Below are positions 35,791 to 50,236 of a stretch of DNA of 64,000 bases, piece after piece. The notes below the pieces were generated by a model that worked only from the letters and a program-made list of their open reading frames with translations, was not told where the DNA came from and ran no database searches. The DNA comes from the human T2T-CHM13v2.0 reference genome, Homo sapiens. A program made the position numbers and the translations under genes. How positions within the stretch are numbered: position 1 is the first letter of the stretch; each line of letters begins with the position of its first letter. The stretch lies in assembly GCF_009914755.1 (NCBI RefSeq), contig NC_060931.1, one strand, 5' to 3'.

Positions 35791-37689
35791 GCCATATTTT
35801 CGTGCAGTCACTCTGACCCCATCTCGATGGACAAGGATTGTCCCATCTGTTTCTACAACTGTTTCCCAAACAGGCAGTGCTGTCCTAAGGAAGCACCCAC
35901 CTGGCCCAAACATGCTGTGCTTTCTTTGTGGCTGCCTTGCCTCCCCAACCAATTGTAACCCCTTGGAATCAGGACTGTCTCCCGTGCGTTTTCTTCTCTC
36001 TGCAGCCTCGCCTGCAAAGGCTTCTGTGCCTTCCCTGAGATGCCCTAGCAAATGGGTCTTTTCGAACATTACCCACCTCAACGTAAGTCCTAGGCCAAGC
36101 CGGTTCTCTGCTTATTCAGAACAGAGTGCGTCTTTACTGTCATGCCATTACCTGGCAAAGGGAATTGCCGGACGGCAGGTGGCACAGAATTCCTTTGGAA
36201 CTCCAAATTCTTTTTTCAGCTTAGTCTTCCCTATGATTCTGACATTTTCTACCTGAAGGCAGAACACATGGGTTGAGCTTGGGTTCTCAGAATAGAGGGG
36301 TGGAAACCAAAGCGGGTCTGCTTGAGAGGATTCATTTTTGAGCCTTCTTCCCAACAGAGTATGTAGCCAGCCCTGAAGACAAAAACAAAAGAAAGGAATG
36401 AGATCGAAGTATCTGTTCCCCTGGCTTCCTCTGTGCCAGATCACAGCCTGGCTTAGCACTGTTCTGCCAAAAGCCACCGATTTGGTCAGGTGACTGTGTC
36501 CTGCAAGTCTCCCCCGATCTATTAGCCATGCCCTCTCCTTGCCTCTTCTCACCTACCTAGGGGTGAAAATGGCCTCCAACTACGCTTAGCTTCAAGGTGC
36601 TTCACCTCCTCTGGTGATGTCCTTGCCCCTGCCTCATCTTTGTAAATAGTCCCTTTTTTAAACTCGATATTCCTCCTTCTGAGAATGCCATTTCCTAGCA
36701 GAACCCTAACTGACTTTTCTTTTTCTTCAACTTTACTCTCCTTTGATCCTAGAATCAACTGCATTCACCAGAGAGTACCTACAATTGCCAGCTAGTGTGC
36801 TAAGCACTGGCCATGCAGAGATAAGAGGCACAGGTTACAGTCTGTGGATATCTTGGGAGGCCAGGGCTATGATGGAGGTCAGCTCCAGGTAGGGGCATGG
36901 CGGAGAGAGGAAGATGATCAAGGGAGGCATCAGAGAGTCAGCAGCAGCCAGGCAAAGGTCGGAAGGGGCAGAGTGTTCCAGGCAAGGGGTGTGTGCCGAG
37001 ATAGGAGCCTAGGTAGGCTGGCATTGCTGAGACTGATGAGAGGTCAGACCCTAGAGGTACACAGAAGCCAACATGTCCCAGTAGGCGGCCTCTGGAGGAC
37101 TTTGGCAGGGTGGCAAATGGCCAGATTCCCACTGTGGAAAGGTCATTCTAGCAGAGGCAGACAGGCTATATTTGGAGGAGACAAGTTTGGGAGCAGGAAA
37201 GCCAGTAGGAGTCTACTGCAGGAATTTAGGTAAAACATAGCAAAAGCACAATCCAAAATAATACAGGAGGAAATGGAATGCAGGAGATAGGTGAAGGAAT
37301 TCTCAGGAAATAGAACTTGCTGGGGCATTGGGTGTGACTGGGAGGGGAAGAAATACGAGTCTGGCAGGACTCTCACATGCCTGGCTGGAGCATTCGTGGG
37401 TTTATGGTGGCATTCCCATGATAAGGGAGGGGCAATATGTTCTTCCTGGAATTTGTTGAGTTTGAGGTACCTGTGGTCTAGGCAAGGAAAAATGCCCATG
37501 AGGAAAATGGGGATATGGGTCTGAAGCTCAGAATTGTCTAGACTAAAGGCATGCAGTTGATCATCATTTTCATGATAGGGGAGGAATGGTATAAGCAAGG
37601 AGTATGCTAAGCTTCTGCTTCCGTGCTTTCGGTTGAGAAGTAGGTCATTGAACAATAATGAAAATGCTGAACATTTCTTGAGTACTGAC

Positions 37690-37900
37690 TACATGGCAGG
37701 CAATATACGAGGTACTTCATGGTGAATACTTTGACTTCATTTATTAGAATCCTCACAGCAACCCTATGAGGCCCTGACTAGTGTTTTCCCCATTTTTGAA
37801 CTAGGAAACTAAGGCTCAGAGAAGTTCAGAATTTGTCCAAGGCCACACAGCTAGAAAATGTCATAACTGAGATTTGAATCCAGACTTTCTGACTCCCGGT
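37690..37900. mobile_element. MIR SINE
   Basis: aatcctcacagcaaccctatgagg...gaaactaaggctcagagaagtt...ccaaggccacacagct. Confidence 0.75.
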
Positions 37901-38787
37901 TCACCTCAGTTACTTGTTCTATAAAAAGATTTTATATTTTTGTCCTTCATGTAGTTTACCCCCAAGAACAGGTAAGCCTTAAAGATGAGACCAGAATTAA
38001 CTGCCCTTTTCCTACAAACTTTCAGCTTTCAAATCTGTACCTGTTGATGAGAGAACCTCCAGGTTTGTCCCCTACTACCAATGATGAGGCAAACACAGAG
38101 AGAGGAACCCCTTTGACTAAAGCTGAATTGTAAAGGACTAAAGCCCTAACTTCTCTTCGAATGACCTGCATTCAAATCAAGTAAGCAGCTGTTCAAAGAA
38201 TTCATTCGGAGGTATGACTTGTGCAGTGAGAGTTGAAAACGCAAATCCTGTTCTGTACCTCCCTGTTTAAAGCATTGCACTGGCTCCTCGTTGCCTTCAG
38301 GATAAAGTCTATATTCCCTCCACATCTCCTTCCCTACTCCTCCAGCATTCTGACTGGCTGAGCCAACTACCCTTACCCCAGTACAGACAACCTAACTTTG
38401 CAGAACTACTCACAATTCCTAAACACCATCGAGGATCAAGCCTCTGCCTTTTTCCCTTCAACATTTTACTATGAAAATTTTCAAAAATAAAATTTTAAAA
38501 ATTTACAAGTGAATACTTCTCTATCTAGACACTAAAATTAATATTTTCCTGTATTTGCTTTATCATGTATCAATTCATTTATCCATCCCATTTTTGTGCA
38601 TTTCAAAGTAAGTAGTAGATATCTGCATACTTACCCCTAAATGCTTCAGCATGCATATTATTAACTAGAGTTCCAAATTTGTTTCCAGTTCTTTTTTTCT
38701 TTCGTATGTAAAATTAACATACAATGAAATTTTTTCCCATTGTATGTAAAATTAACATACAACGAAATGCACAAATATTAGAGGCAG

Positions 38788-39238
38788 TGTATTAGTATCC
38801 TTGCTATGGTAACAAATCACCACATACTTAGTGTCTTTAAATGACATACATTTATTCTCTTGGAAGTCCAAAATCAGTCTGGCTGGGCCAAAGTCAAGGT
38901 GTAATCAGGGCTGGCTTCTTCTGGTATCTCTGAAGGGACAATCTGTTTCCTTGCCTTTTTCACCTTCGAAAGCATTCCTTGGCTCATGACCCCTTCCTCA
39001 CATCACCAACCTCTTGCTTTCATAGTTACCTCTCCTACTCACTCTGATCCCCTGCCTTCTTCTTATAAAGACTGTGATTACATCAGTTCCACATGGATAG
39101 CGCAGGATAATCTCCCATCTCAAGATTCTTAGTTTAATCGCATCTGCAGAGTCCTTTTTGCCATGTGAAACAACATATTCACAGCTTCCAGGAATCAGGA
39201 TGTGACCCTCTTGGAGAGCAATTATTCAGCCTACCACA
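38788..39238 (-). mobile_element. MLT1 (MaLR) LTR
   Basis: tgtattagt...taacaaatcaccacatacttag...cagcctaccaca. Confidence 0.7.
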
Positions 39239-39872
39239 TGCACATCTAATGAGTTTTTACAAATGCATACATCTGTGTGACTCAAACTCCCAGCAAGATA
39301 GCCTTACCATCACCCCCAGAACATTCTCATGCCCCTTCCCAGTCTGTCCCAGTCTCACCCTCACCCCCTAGAGCCAGCCACTGTTCTTTTTGCCTCTTCA
39401 GAACTTCCTATAGATGGCGTTATCTTGCAAATACCTGGTATGGTGTCTGGCATGTAGTAAGTGCTCAGGAAAGGACTTCATCTTTTGAATCTGACTTCTC
39501 TTACTTGACACAATGTCCTGAAGACTCATCCATGCTGCGTGTATCAGTCTCAGTCTGTTCCTTTTGATTGCAGAGTAATATTCCATCAAATAGGCCACAA
39601 TCAGATAGTTCCCTTATTCATCCATTCTCCTGTTGACAGACTCCAGACTGCTTCCAGTTTTTGTGCTTTTTTGTTTTTGTACAAATCTATGGGGTACATG
39701 AGAAAACTTGTTACTTATGTGTAATGTATAGTGATCAAGCCAGGGTATTCCAGGTGTCCATCACCCAAGTACAATACATTTTGTTAAGTATGGTCACCCT
39801 CCTCTGCTATCAAACATTGAATTTATTCCTTCTATCTAACTGTATATTTATATGCTTTAACCCACTTCTCTT

Positions 39873-40459
39873 TGTTGATGGCTGCTGTGAAACCTCAGTT
39901 CTTGTGTTCCTAGTTTAAAGGAATTTAAACAGGAGACACACAGCAAAGGAGATGCAGTGTAGAGCAATTTATTGCAAAGGAGGAAGAATACCCTGAAAGT
40001 TAGGTGCAGTATAGACAGGATGCCCCAAGAGGGATTCAGGGTGGGCTGCCTATGAGGATGAGATAGCAAAGACCCACTTGAGGGAGACTCCCTTTATCGA
40101 AGGCTTACCTGATTATTCATGAGGGGGTGGGAAACTGTGTTGCTAGGAAGCATGTTCTGGGATGGGTGCACATGTGCAGTACCTGTACATGCTTGTTCAT
40201 ACATTGCATGTGTCATTAGCACCCTAAATCTCCAACCAGGGGTGTTTTTTATTATTATATTGAGCAAAGGGTCAGTCTGAGGACAGGTAAAATCAAAATG
40301 TGCATGCTCTCTACAGGGGAAATTCCCTACTGGAGACAGCTTTGCTGAATGAGCTTGACTGCAGTGCGAATGCTGGGGCTTATTGTGGTGACTATGAGGT
40401 CACCAAGGTTGCCAAATCCCAAGGGCATAGTAACTTCCTTGACTAACTGTCCTGCCTCA
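39873..40459 (-). mobile_element. ERV1-class solo LTR nested in L1MA
   Basis: tgtt...cctca ends with 4-bp TSD TCTT; reverse AATAAA near 39967. Confidence 0.8.
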
Positions 40460-40899
40460 TCTTCATCCTCCCCCTTTCCCCAGACTCACACTTCCCAGTC
40501 TCTGTTCTTTATCTTTCCACTCTCTACCTCCATCTCTGTTCTCTATCTTTCCACTCTCTACCTCCATATGATCAAATTTTTTAGCTCCCACATATAAGTG
40601 AGAATGTGTGATATTTGCCTTTTTGTGCCTGACTTATTTCACTTAAGATAATGGCCTCCAGTTCCATCCATGTTGCTGCAAATGACATGTTTCATTCATA
40701 TAGGCTTGTCATATATGGTCTTTGTTATTTTAAGTATGTTCCTTTTATAGCTAGTTTGTTGAGAGTTTTTATGTAAATTGTATCAATTTTTATCAAAAAT
40801 TTTTATCAGAAATTTTATCAAATACTGTTTCTGCATTTATTGAGATGATCATATGGTTTTGTCCTTCATTCTGTTGATGTGATGTATCCCATTTATTGA

Positions 40900-41220
<321 letters not shown>

Positions 41221-42137
41221 TAATTTTAATGTTTCTACTTTTTGATGGAACAATTTATTGCTATAAATTTCCCTCTTAGCACTGCTTTTACTTTTCTCAC
41301 AGGTTTTGGTATGTTGTGTTTCCATTTTCATTTCTTTCACGGAACTGTTTTTATTTCCATCTTAATTTCTTATTGACCCAATGGTCATTCAGGAACATGT
41401 TGTCTAATTTCCATGTATTTGTGTAGTTTCCAATGTTCCCTCCTTGTATTGATTTCTAATTTTATTCCATTGTGCTCTAAGAAGATAATTGATATGATTT
41501 TGGGAAATTTGTTGAGGCTTATTTTGAAGCCTAACATGTGGTCTATCCTGGAGAATGTACCACGTGCTGATGAGAAGAATGTATATTCTGTAGTTGTTGG
41601 ATAGAATGTTCTGCAAATTGTTAGGTCCCTTTGTCTATAGTGCAGTTTAAATCTAATGTCTCTTTGTTGACTTTCTGCCTAGATGATATATGTCCAGTGC
41701 TGAGAGTGGGGGTCAATCTTTGTGCTTCCCAACCTGCTGCTGAGGTTGCTCCTTTGGCCTGTAATAACCTCACCACTAGCATCTGTTCCCCTCACAAAGA
41801 ATCAGTCACCCTTGTCAGCCTCATTATACCCAGTACAAAGGCCACCTGCTCTGGGAAACATTTCCCAAACCACTGCCCCACCCTGGGTGACTGGACCACT
41901 CCCTCCTCCATGCCCTGTACATACCTCACTCTCTGCACCTGGCCCTTTTATGACCCTTACTTGTTTACTTGACCCTTACTTGAGGACATCTGACTCTACT
42001 CACTCTAGTTCATGCCCCCCAGGGCACAGCCAGGGCTTTTCATATCTGTGTCTGCACAGCAAGGGCAGTATAGTGTGGTAGGGCTGTGCAGCTCTGAAAG
42101 CACTGCCAGGGTGGGTTGAGATCTTGCTTCTCATTTC

Positions 42138-42440
42138 TTTTTTTTTTTTTTCTTTTTGAGATGGATTCTCACCCTGTTGCCCAGGATGGAGTGCAGTGGC
42201 ACAGTCTCGGCTCACTGCAGCCTCCACCCCCGGGTTCACGCCATTCTCCTGCCTCAGCCTCCCGAGTAGCTGGGACTACAGGCGCCCGCCACCACGCTCG
42301 GCTAATTTTTTTGTGTTTTTAGTAGAGACAGGGTTTCACCATATTAGCCAGGATGGTCTTGATCTCCTGACCTCGTGATCTGCCTGCCTCGGCCTCCCAA
42401 AGTGCTGGGATTACAGGCGTGAGCCACCGCGCCCAGCCGG
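42138..42440 (-). mobile_element. AluY/Sc
   Basis: Full reverse Alu; flanks ttctcatttc and ttctcacttc. Confidence 0.92.
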
Positions 42441-43417
42441 TTCTCACTTCTTCATATGTAATCTGATGACCCTCACAGGGTCATTGTGAGGAGTGAATAA
42501 AATATACACGTGAGGCACTTAGCACAGTGCCGGGCACAGAATCTGCATCTGATTCAATTGGGGCATAAATGGATGAAGGAACTTGTTAAATAATGACACA
42601 ATGGCCGCCTTGGTTTCTTTGCATTCTCGTTGGAGTGAGAAATCTCCTTTTTCTGAAAACTGACCTGAATGTGGAGGACAGACAAGTAGTGACTCTTGGC
42701 TCTGCAATCCATGAGAAGAGCTGCTGGCTTATATCCATAACTTATTTTGAGTTTTATTCAAGGACACAGAAGTCCACTTCTTCTTGGAGGAAGGACAGAA
42801 TTTAGTCCAATGTCTGAGAAGCTTTAATAGGCTGCCAGGGAAAAGAATTATGAGCTGCCTCTTTCTCTGGGACATATGTGCCATTGTTTTCCTCTCAGCA
42901 CAAAGACTTTGCTGTGCCCTGGGGTAGGGGCTTTGCTTCACTGTGAAACTGGCTCCAACATAGACCTTGAGATTGCTAAATGTTCTCATTCTGAGCTAAT
43001 CTGGAGCCTAAAGAGGTTAACAATCCAGCAACAACTAAGAAGAATATTTTAATGGAATTTCTCCTTGTCTTTGCCATATATTATATGCCTTTTTTCAGAG
43101 TACACTATTCATCAAGAACTTGAGCTTCTCGAACACTATATTTTGGTTATAGACTTTTTTATTGCTTTTTTATGATTATAAAAATAAATACATGCCCATT
43201 GGAGAAAGCTGGGAAAAATGGAAAAGTATAACAAAAAGACAAAAATTACCCATAATTTCACACCCCAGAGATAACCACTGTTAATATTTTTGTATGATCT
43301 TTTCACTAGTGATAGATAGATAAACAAATAAGTAGACTGACATACAAATGCATTAGGCACATTTTTCCCACAAGTGGAAAAACACCAATAATTAGATTTC
43401 TTGGTCCAACAAGCCTA

Positions 43418-43727
43418 GTTGTTTGTTTGTTTGTTTTGTTTTGTTTTTGAAATGGAGTCTCGCTCTGTCACCCAGGCCGGAGTGCAGTGGCTCAATCTTG
43501 GCTCACTGCAACATCATCCTCCCAGGTTCAAGTAATTCTCCTGCCTCAGCCTCCTGAGTAGCTGGGATTACAGGCACGCACCACCACGCCCGGCTAATTT
43601 TTGTATTTTTAGTAGAGACAGGGTTTCATCATGTTAGCAGTCTGGTCTGGAACTCCTGACCTCGTGATCCGCCTGCCTCAGTCTCCCAAAGTGCTAGGAT
43701 TACAGGCATGAGCCACCACGCCCAGCC
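43418..43727 (-). mobile_element. AluS
   Basis: Full reverse Alu with (TTTG)n tail; ctagtt on both flanks. Confidence 0.92.
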
Positions 43728-44114
43728 ACAGGACTAGTTTTTTACAGGCTTCAATGTGACCAAGGTGGACTGAAGGAAAAGCTATATTGAAGAAAACTCC
43801 TGAACCTGCCAACTGGGAAGATCCCAAGAGTCCAGACTGGGTGGTCATGTGGACCCTCATCCTTCACCTGCTCATCCTGCCTAGGTAAGTGTTTGCTTAG
43901 CTCAACTCTCAGAGGCAGCAAAGGCAGCAAATGAGATGGTGAATTACAACCCAAAGCCCAGGCACTGGACTGGGCAGTGTGGTAGGGAGGTGCAGAGATT
44001 CAAGTGAAGACCTACCTGCTCCCCCTTCCCCTTCCTCCTAGATCCCTGTCAGGTCCTTTCACCTGAGCCTTGATTCCATGTGACTATGATAGTTGGTTGT
44101 TTGGTTGGTGCCCA

Positions 44115-44500
44115 TGTTTGTTTGCTAGAGCTGCCATAGCAAAGTACCACAACTGGGAGGCTGAAACGCACATATTTATTTATCACAGTTCTGGACGCTG
44201 GAAGCCTGAGCCCAAGGCATCTGCAAGGTTGGTTCCCTCTGAGACCTCTCCTAGGCTCACGGATGTCTGTGTTCTGCCTGTGTTCTCCTCATCACATGGT
44301 CATCCCTCTGTGTGTGTTTGTGTTCCAATTACCTCTTCTCATAAAGACACCAGACATATTGGATTAAGACTCATCTAATGACCTCATCTTAACTTAATTA
44401 CTTCTTTATAGACCCTATTTCCAAATATAGCCACATTCTGAGGTACTAGGGGTACGACTTCAACATATGAATTTTGGGGGACACAGTTCAGCCCATGACA
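44115..44500 (-). mobile_element. MLT1A/B-type LTR
   Basis: gctgccatagcaaagtaccacaactggg...gggacacagttcagcccatgaca. Confidence 0.75.
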
Positions 44501-44651
44501 GCACCTCACTAGGTGCTGGTGATACTTGATCCTGACCAGGCTGCTCCATCAACAAGAGTAACGAGTGGAAATTTCAGCTCCTTAGAACCAAGTATTTTTA
44601 AAATGAAAAAAAAATTGAACTTAATGAGAATTTGCTGTTTAACTTTTAAAA

Positions 44652-46383
44652 GTAAGGCATATCACAACACCAATGACATTCTTCACAGAAATAACAAAAG
44701 TATTCCTGGAATTTGTATGGAAACACACACAAAAAAAAACCCAAAAAGCTGAAATAAGCAAAAAGAACAAAGCTAGAGGCATCAAACTTCCTGACCTCAA
44801 AGTATAATACAAAGCAATAGTAACTAAAACAGCGTGGTACTGGCATAAAAACAGACGCATAAACCAATGGAACAGGATAGAGAGCCCAGAAATAAATCTA
44901 CACCTTCATAGCCACCTGATTTTCAACAGCAGTGCGAAGATAGCACAGTGGAAAAAGGACAATTGCTTCAATAGAATGGTGTTAGAAAAACTGGATATCC
45001 ACAAACAGAAAAATGAAATTACCCCCTTATATCTCACCATGTTCAACTCAAAATAGATTAAAGACTTAAATCCAAGACCCAAAACTATTAAACTACTAGA
45101 AGAAGACATAGGGGGAAAACTCCACGACATTGGTCTGGGCAATAATTTTTTTATAAAACGTTAAAAGCATGGATAACAAAAGCAAAAAGAGCCAAATGAA
45201 ATTACATCAAATTTCTAAAAATTTACTAAAAAGCTTCTGCACAACAAAGGAAACAACCAACAGAACAAAAAAGACAACCTAAATAGTGGGAGAAAATATT
45301 TGCAAACTATACATCTGACAAGCAGTTAATATCCAAAATATATAAGGAAACCAAACAACTCAATAGCAAAATAATAATAATAATAATAATAACCCAGTGA
45401 AAAATTGGCAAAAGACTTGAGTAGACATTTTGCAAAAGAAGACAGACAAATGGCCAACAGGTGTATGAAGAAAAGCTCAACATCACTAATCATCAGGAAA
45501 ATGCAAATAAAAAACCACAAGGAGATATCACCTCATTATTATGGCTATTATCAAAAAGACAAAAGATAACACTTGCCATCAAAGCTGTGGAGAAAAGGGA
45601 ACATTTATATATTGTTGCTGGGAATGCAAATTAGTACAGCCATTATGGAAAACAGTATAGAGGTTCCTCAAAAAATTAAAAACAGAACTACAATATGATC
45701 CAGCAACCCCACTACTGGGTATATATTCAAAGGAATTGAAATCAGTATGTTGAAGAGATATCTGCACTCCCATGTTTATTGCAGCACTATGCACAATAAC
45801 CAAAATATGGTATCAACCTAAATGTCCATCAAAGGACAAATGGATTTAAAAAAATGAGTTGTATATATACACATGGAATACCACTTATCCATAAAAAAGA
45901 ATGAAGTCTGCCATTTGTGATAACAGGATGAACTCGGAGGACATTCTGTAAGTGAAATAAGCCAGGCACAGAAAGATAAATACCGCATGATCTCACTCAT
46001 CAAGATTCATGTGGAATCTAAAAAAACCTGAACTCAAAGAAGTAGAAGCTAGGCTGGTTAGAAAGGAGTGGGGAGATGGGGAGATGTTGGTCAAAGGATA
46101 CATAATTACAGCTAGTTAGGAGGAATAAATTTCAAGAGATCTGTTGTATAGCAAGGTGATTATAGTTAATGACAATATATTCTCTTCTTGAAAAATGTAG
46201 AAAATGGACATTATGTGCTCTTACCACAAGAGCGATAACTTATATGAAGTAATGCATTTGTTAATTAGCTAAATTTAACCATTCTACAATGTATATGTAT
46301 ATCAAAACATCATGTTTCACCCAAGAAAAACATACAAGTTATGTCAAGTAAAAAAAAAAAAAAAGATGAAAAAAAAAAAAAAG
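44652..46383 (+). mobile_element. 5'-truncated L1MA with A-tail
   Basis: ORF2 3' part and L1MA-type 3' UTR; poly-A at 46350-46382. Confidence 0.85.
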
Positions 46384-46454
46384 CAAAGCAGATTTCTCTG
46401 AGCACCACCAGTGCCTGCGTTGAGTTCTTTTTTATCAATGGAGCTGCTCCATGA

Positions 46455-46630
46455 ATGGCTCTGAGTCTTGCCTGCACCTCGGAATCAACTGGGGAGCTTT
46501 TAACCCCACCCCCTACAAACCCAGGTCTCCCTGTCTAAATCAGAATCCGGAGGTGGGACCTCTGGGCACCAATAGTTAGGAACACTGCCTGGGTGATTCC
46601 AACATGCAGCCAGCGGGGAGAACACCCCAC
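46455..46630. mobile_element. MER5A-like DNA transposon fossil
   Basis: gaatcaactggggagctttt...ggtgattccaacatgcagcc. Confidence 0.6.
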
Positions 46631-48288
46631 AATGGCTCTGGTCCAGGGCATGGGTCTTTGGGGGCTTTGCAGGGGCTCCACGGGGCCTCCACTGAGGTTC
46701 CTTAGGATCTGCATGACTCCCTTCAGTCAGCACCTCCCAGGCAGTGAAATCCGGAGAAGGGCTTCCAGGCTGTGGCTGCCTCCCTTAGAAAACAAAACCT
46801 TTATAGAACAGGGACACAGTGAAGGACTCAGGACAAAGCAGGCAGTTGGATGCTTGTGAGACCCAGGAATGTTGTGGAGTTCACGCCTCTGGGCATCCTG
46901 TGCCCACATCAGTCACAGACAGGAAAAACCAGGAGAAGCAGCATCATGGCCCATTCCCAGAGCAACAGAAAAGCCCAGGGATCAGTGAAACTCAGGGAGA
47001 CAGTGGTGGCACAGGAACCTAAGTGGGATGAGCTGACCTAATAACCCAGAGGCACAGCCTAGCCAAGACCCTGCTTCTGTGGAAAGTTTTGGAGCCCCGT
47101 GGCAGAGGCCTTTCTACCCTGAGTGCTCACAAATCTCCTAAGCCAACACCAGCTCATCAGCTCCTTCTGTCACTCAAGAGAAGCCTTGAATCACGTCCAT
47201 AGCAATGACAACCTGCTAAGGCACTTAGATGCTCATGCTGGGCAATGTCCATTCTTCTCCTGCACTGTGCAGTCAACACCGTCCCTCAGGTGACCTGGTG
47301 GAAGTCCAGCAGACCAGCTTGAGTGAGGAACCTCCTCAGTGTCCAAAGCCACCAGGGTTTCCTTCCAGTGTGCCATTAAACCCCAAGAGGCAAGAAGCTC
47401 TCCTGCTGGAGACTCACATCCAAAATGGGGATCAGACACAGCACAAGCTGCTCCACTACCCCAGGACCCTACCCATGAGAGAATAAAACCTCTTCCTTCT
47501 CAAATTGGGCATAAGGCTCACTGTTCTTAGGTAGCTCAAACCCTCATTGGCTTTGTATCCTGAGGGTGCTGGAAAATCACTTACTAAGGAGATGGAGCAA
47601 GGGCTTAGTCAAGACACCTATGCTGTAGAAAACAGGGTTCTTCTCCAGAGACTCTGGGTGCAGCTGGCCCAGGACTTGGTGCAGACAAAGAACAATTACA
47701 GGGATGTAATTGTTCAGGATGTTTCAGAGATGGGTTTCTCGTTTGAAAAACGCCCTTCTCAGAGGATTGTTGGGAAGGTGGAATGAGATAATGCTCATAA
47801 AGCATTTAAAACGGGGTCTGTATCTGGAGCAGTGCAGTGTATGTTGGCATGGTGGTCACAGTCACCCCTCTGTATGAGCTCCATAAGTACAATCAGATAC
47901 ACTATCTCAGTTTTCCTCTCTCCGTGGTTTTGAGCCTGCTCAGAGTGGGCCTGGGGTGCCTTTCATCAAATAAACTTCTCCAGGGCTTGAGGGCTCATCA
48001 AACCCATCACATGCTGGGGCCACTGGGTAGAAAGTGGGGTCTAAGCTTTAAGGAGAGACTTCCAGTGCATAGAATTGGCATTTATACAGGACAGGTTCCA
48101 ATGGCTTCAAATCAGAGATAGCACAACTATTGGGGTGCAAAACATTTTTAAGCCCCACAAAAAGCTAATTTATCATACTGGAGCCCTCCCTTCTAGAATA
48201 AGTTATAATGCCATTGAGATGGTAAAAGATATACTCAGGGTCTAATAGTTGTTTGAAGATTTTTAAAGTTATGTAAAAATATTTGCAT

Positions 48289-48691
<403 letters not shown>

Positions 48692-50067
48692 TTAGAAGGG
48701 CTGCCTATGGCAGTGAAGGGTGCAGAGAAAGTTGAGGGCTCGGGACATAATTCATTAGCAGAGAAAAGTTCTCATTTGCCCCCACAACTGTTTGAAAGAA
48801 ATGCCCCTTGTAGGTCTTGATGCTACCTACACAGGGATGCCATGCCCTTCGTGAGATTGCTGCAGGTTTGGGGGCCAGAAAAACCCAAGTTCAAATCCTG
48901 GCTGTGCCATTTACTAGCTGTGCAACTTTTGTGTCGTAGGAACGATGCCTACTGTGCAGAGTCATCTCTAGGATTGAACAAGTCCCCAGCACAGGAGTGC
49001 CAGGGCCATCAGTGGATGGCAGGCGTGATCATTGTTCTTCATTCCTTAGCCAAACCCAGAATTTCTCAAGTTAATGTGAAAGGGACCCTCCTAACTGCAG
49101 AGAATAACTGACCATGGCCTCCATGTGTCCCCCTGAGTGTCACCTGCCTGCAAGGCCTGCCTTCCATTAACATGGACACAGGGCACAGCTTCATTTCTCC
49201 TTAGCACAGTTCACACAGACTGAAACTTGTAAAGCCAAACTTTACCAAATCCTAGTGGGGCACAAATCAAATGGAGAGCAAGGCTGGAACCTGGCTTGCA
49301 GCTCTCAAAGCTTCATCTCATGATGTTCTCCAAGCCCAGCCCCTCCCAGCCCTAAGACCCCAATTCTGGGGCTGGCTACTGACCTAACTACTTGCCTGGG
49401 CCTCATCCATCCCTCTACTCTGGTAGATAATGTATGCTAATACCACGGGTTTTTTTTCCTTGCTATTTATAAAATCCTACCACCTTTAATGAAAAAATAA
49501 GTCCCTAAGCTGGAGAAAGAGCCCCTGGGGTACAATTCTAGTGGTAAGAAGCTGCCAGGCTCTCCTGATTTTTCATGTTACTGGTCGCAGCCTGAAGGTG
49601 CATTTTCAAATAGCCTGAAGGCTTCCTCTGGTGCTCACATAGGTGCAAATGTCAACCAGCCCCTTCAATTTTGTTTCTTCAGTCCTCAACCTCCCTCCAG
49701 ACCCAGGTGCGGTGTCACTGCAAAGGGGCATTTGGTTTTAAAGAAATTACCCCCTGTCTAGCACTCCTTCCTTCTGCCAATGGGGAGCTGTAGAAGAGGA
49801 AGGGGACTAAAAGAGAAAATCATAACAGGAAGGAATTGGAGCCAGCAAGGGTTAAGCTCAGAACCAGCATCCAAGACTTTGGCCTCAGTTACCTGTTACA
49901 TTTTTGCTGCTGCCACCAGTCTGCCTGGGGCCTCTCTTCCTGATGCCTGCTGATACCTGGCCTAGCAGCTCTCATCCTATCAACCTATTCATCTAACTTC
50001 ATTCCCTGCAAGGGCTAGTTCACTGCCCACTGCCCTGTCCTCCCTCCCCAACCTTCTCAACCCAAGC

Positions 50068-50236
50068 CAGTACCAGCTACATAAATTGCAAAGCCCAGTA
50101 TAAAGTGAAAATGTGGGGCCCCTTGTTCAAAAGTTAAGAATCTAAAGACAGCAGCGGAGCGTTAAGCCAAGTAGAGAGCCCTTCTGAGTGTGAGACGTGG
50201 GAGACTGCACAGCCGCATGGCCAGGAGCCGGTGCTG
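50068..50236. mobile_element. MER45A-like DNA transposon fossil
   Basis: cagtaccagct...aaatgtggggccccttgttcaaaa...agccggtgctg. Confidence 0.65.

Noticed and set aside
37955-37971. 17-nt micro-exon ending at CAG|gtaagc and splicing to 38026
   Set aside because: The resulting 54-nt intron is too short, and the frame is open straight through it.
43748-43884. F-box/WD40-like reading (VD*RKSYIEE...LGGH) in another frame
   Set aside because: Needs two stop read-throughs, no F-box found upstream, and phase does not fit the neighbouring candidate exons.
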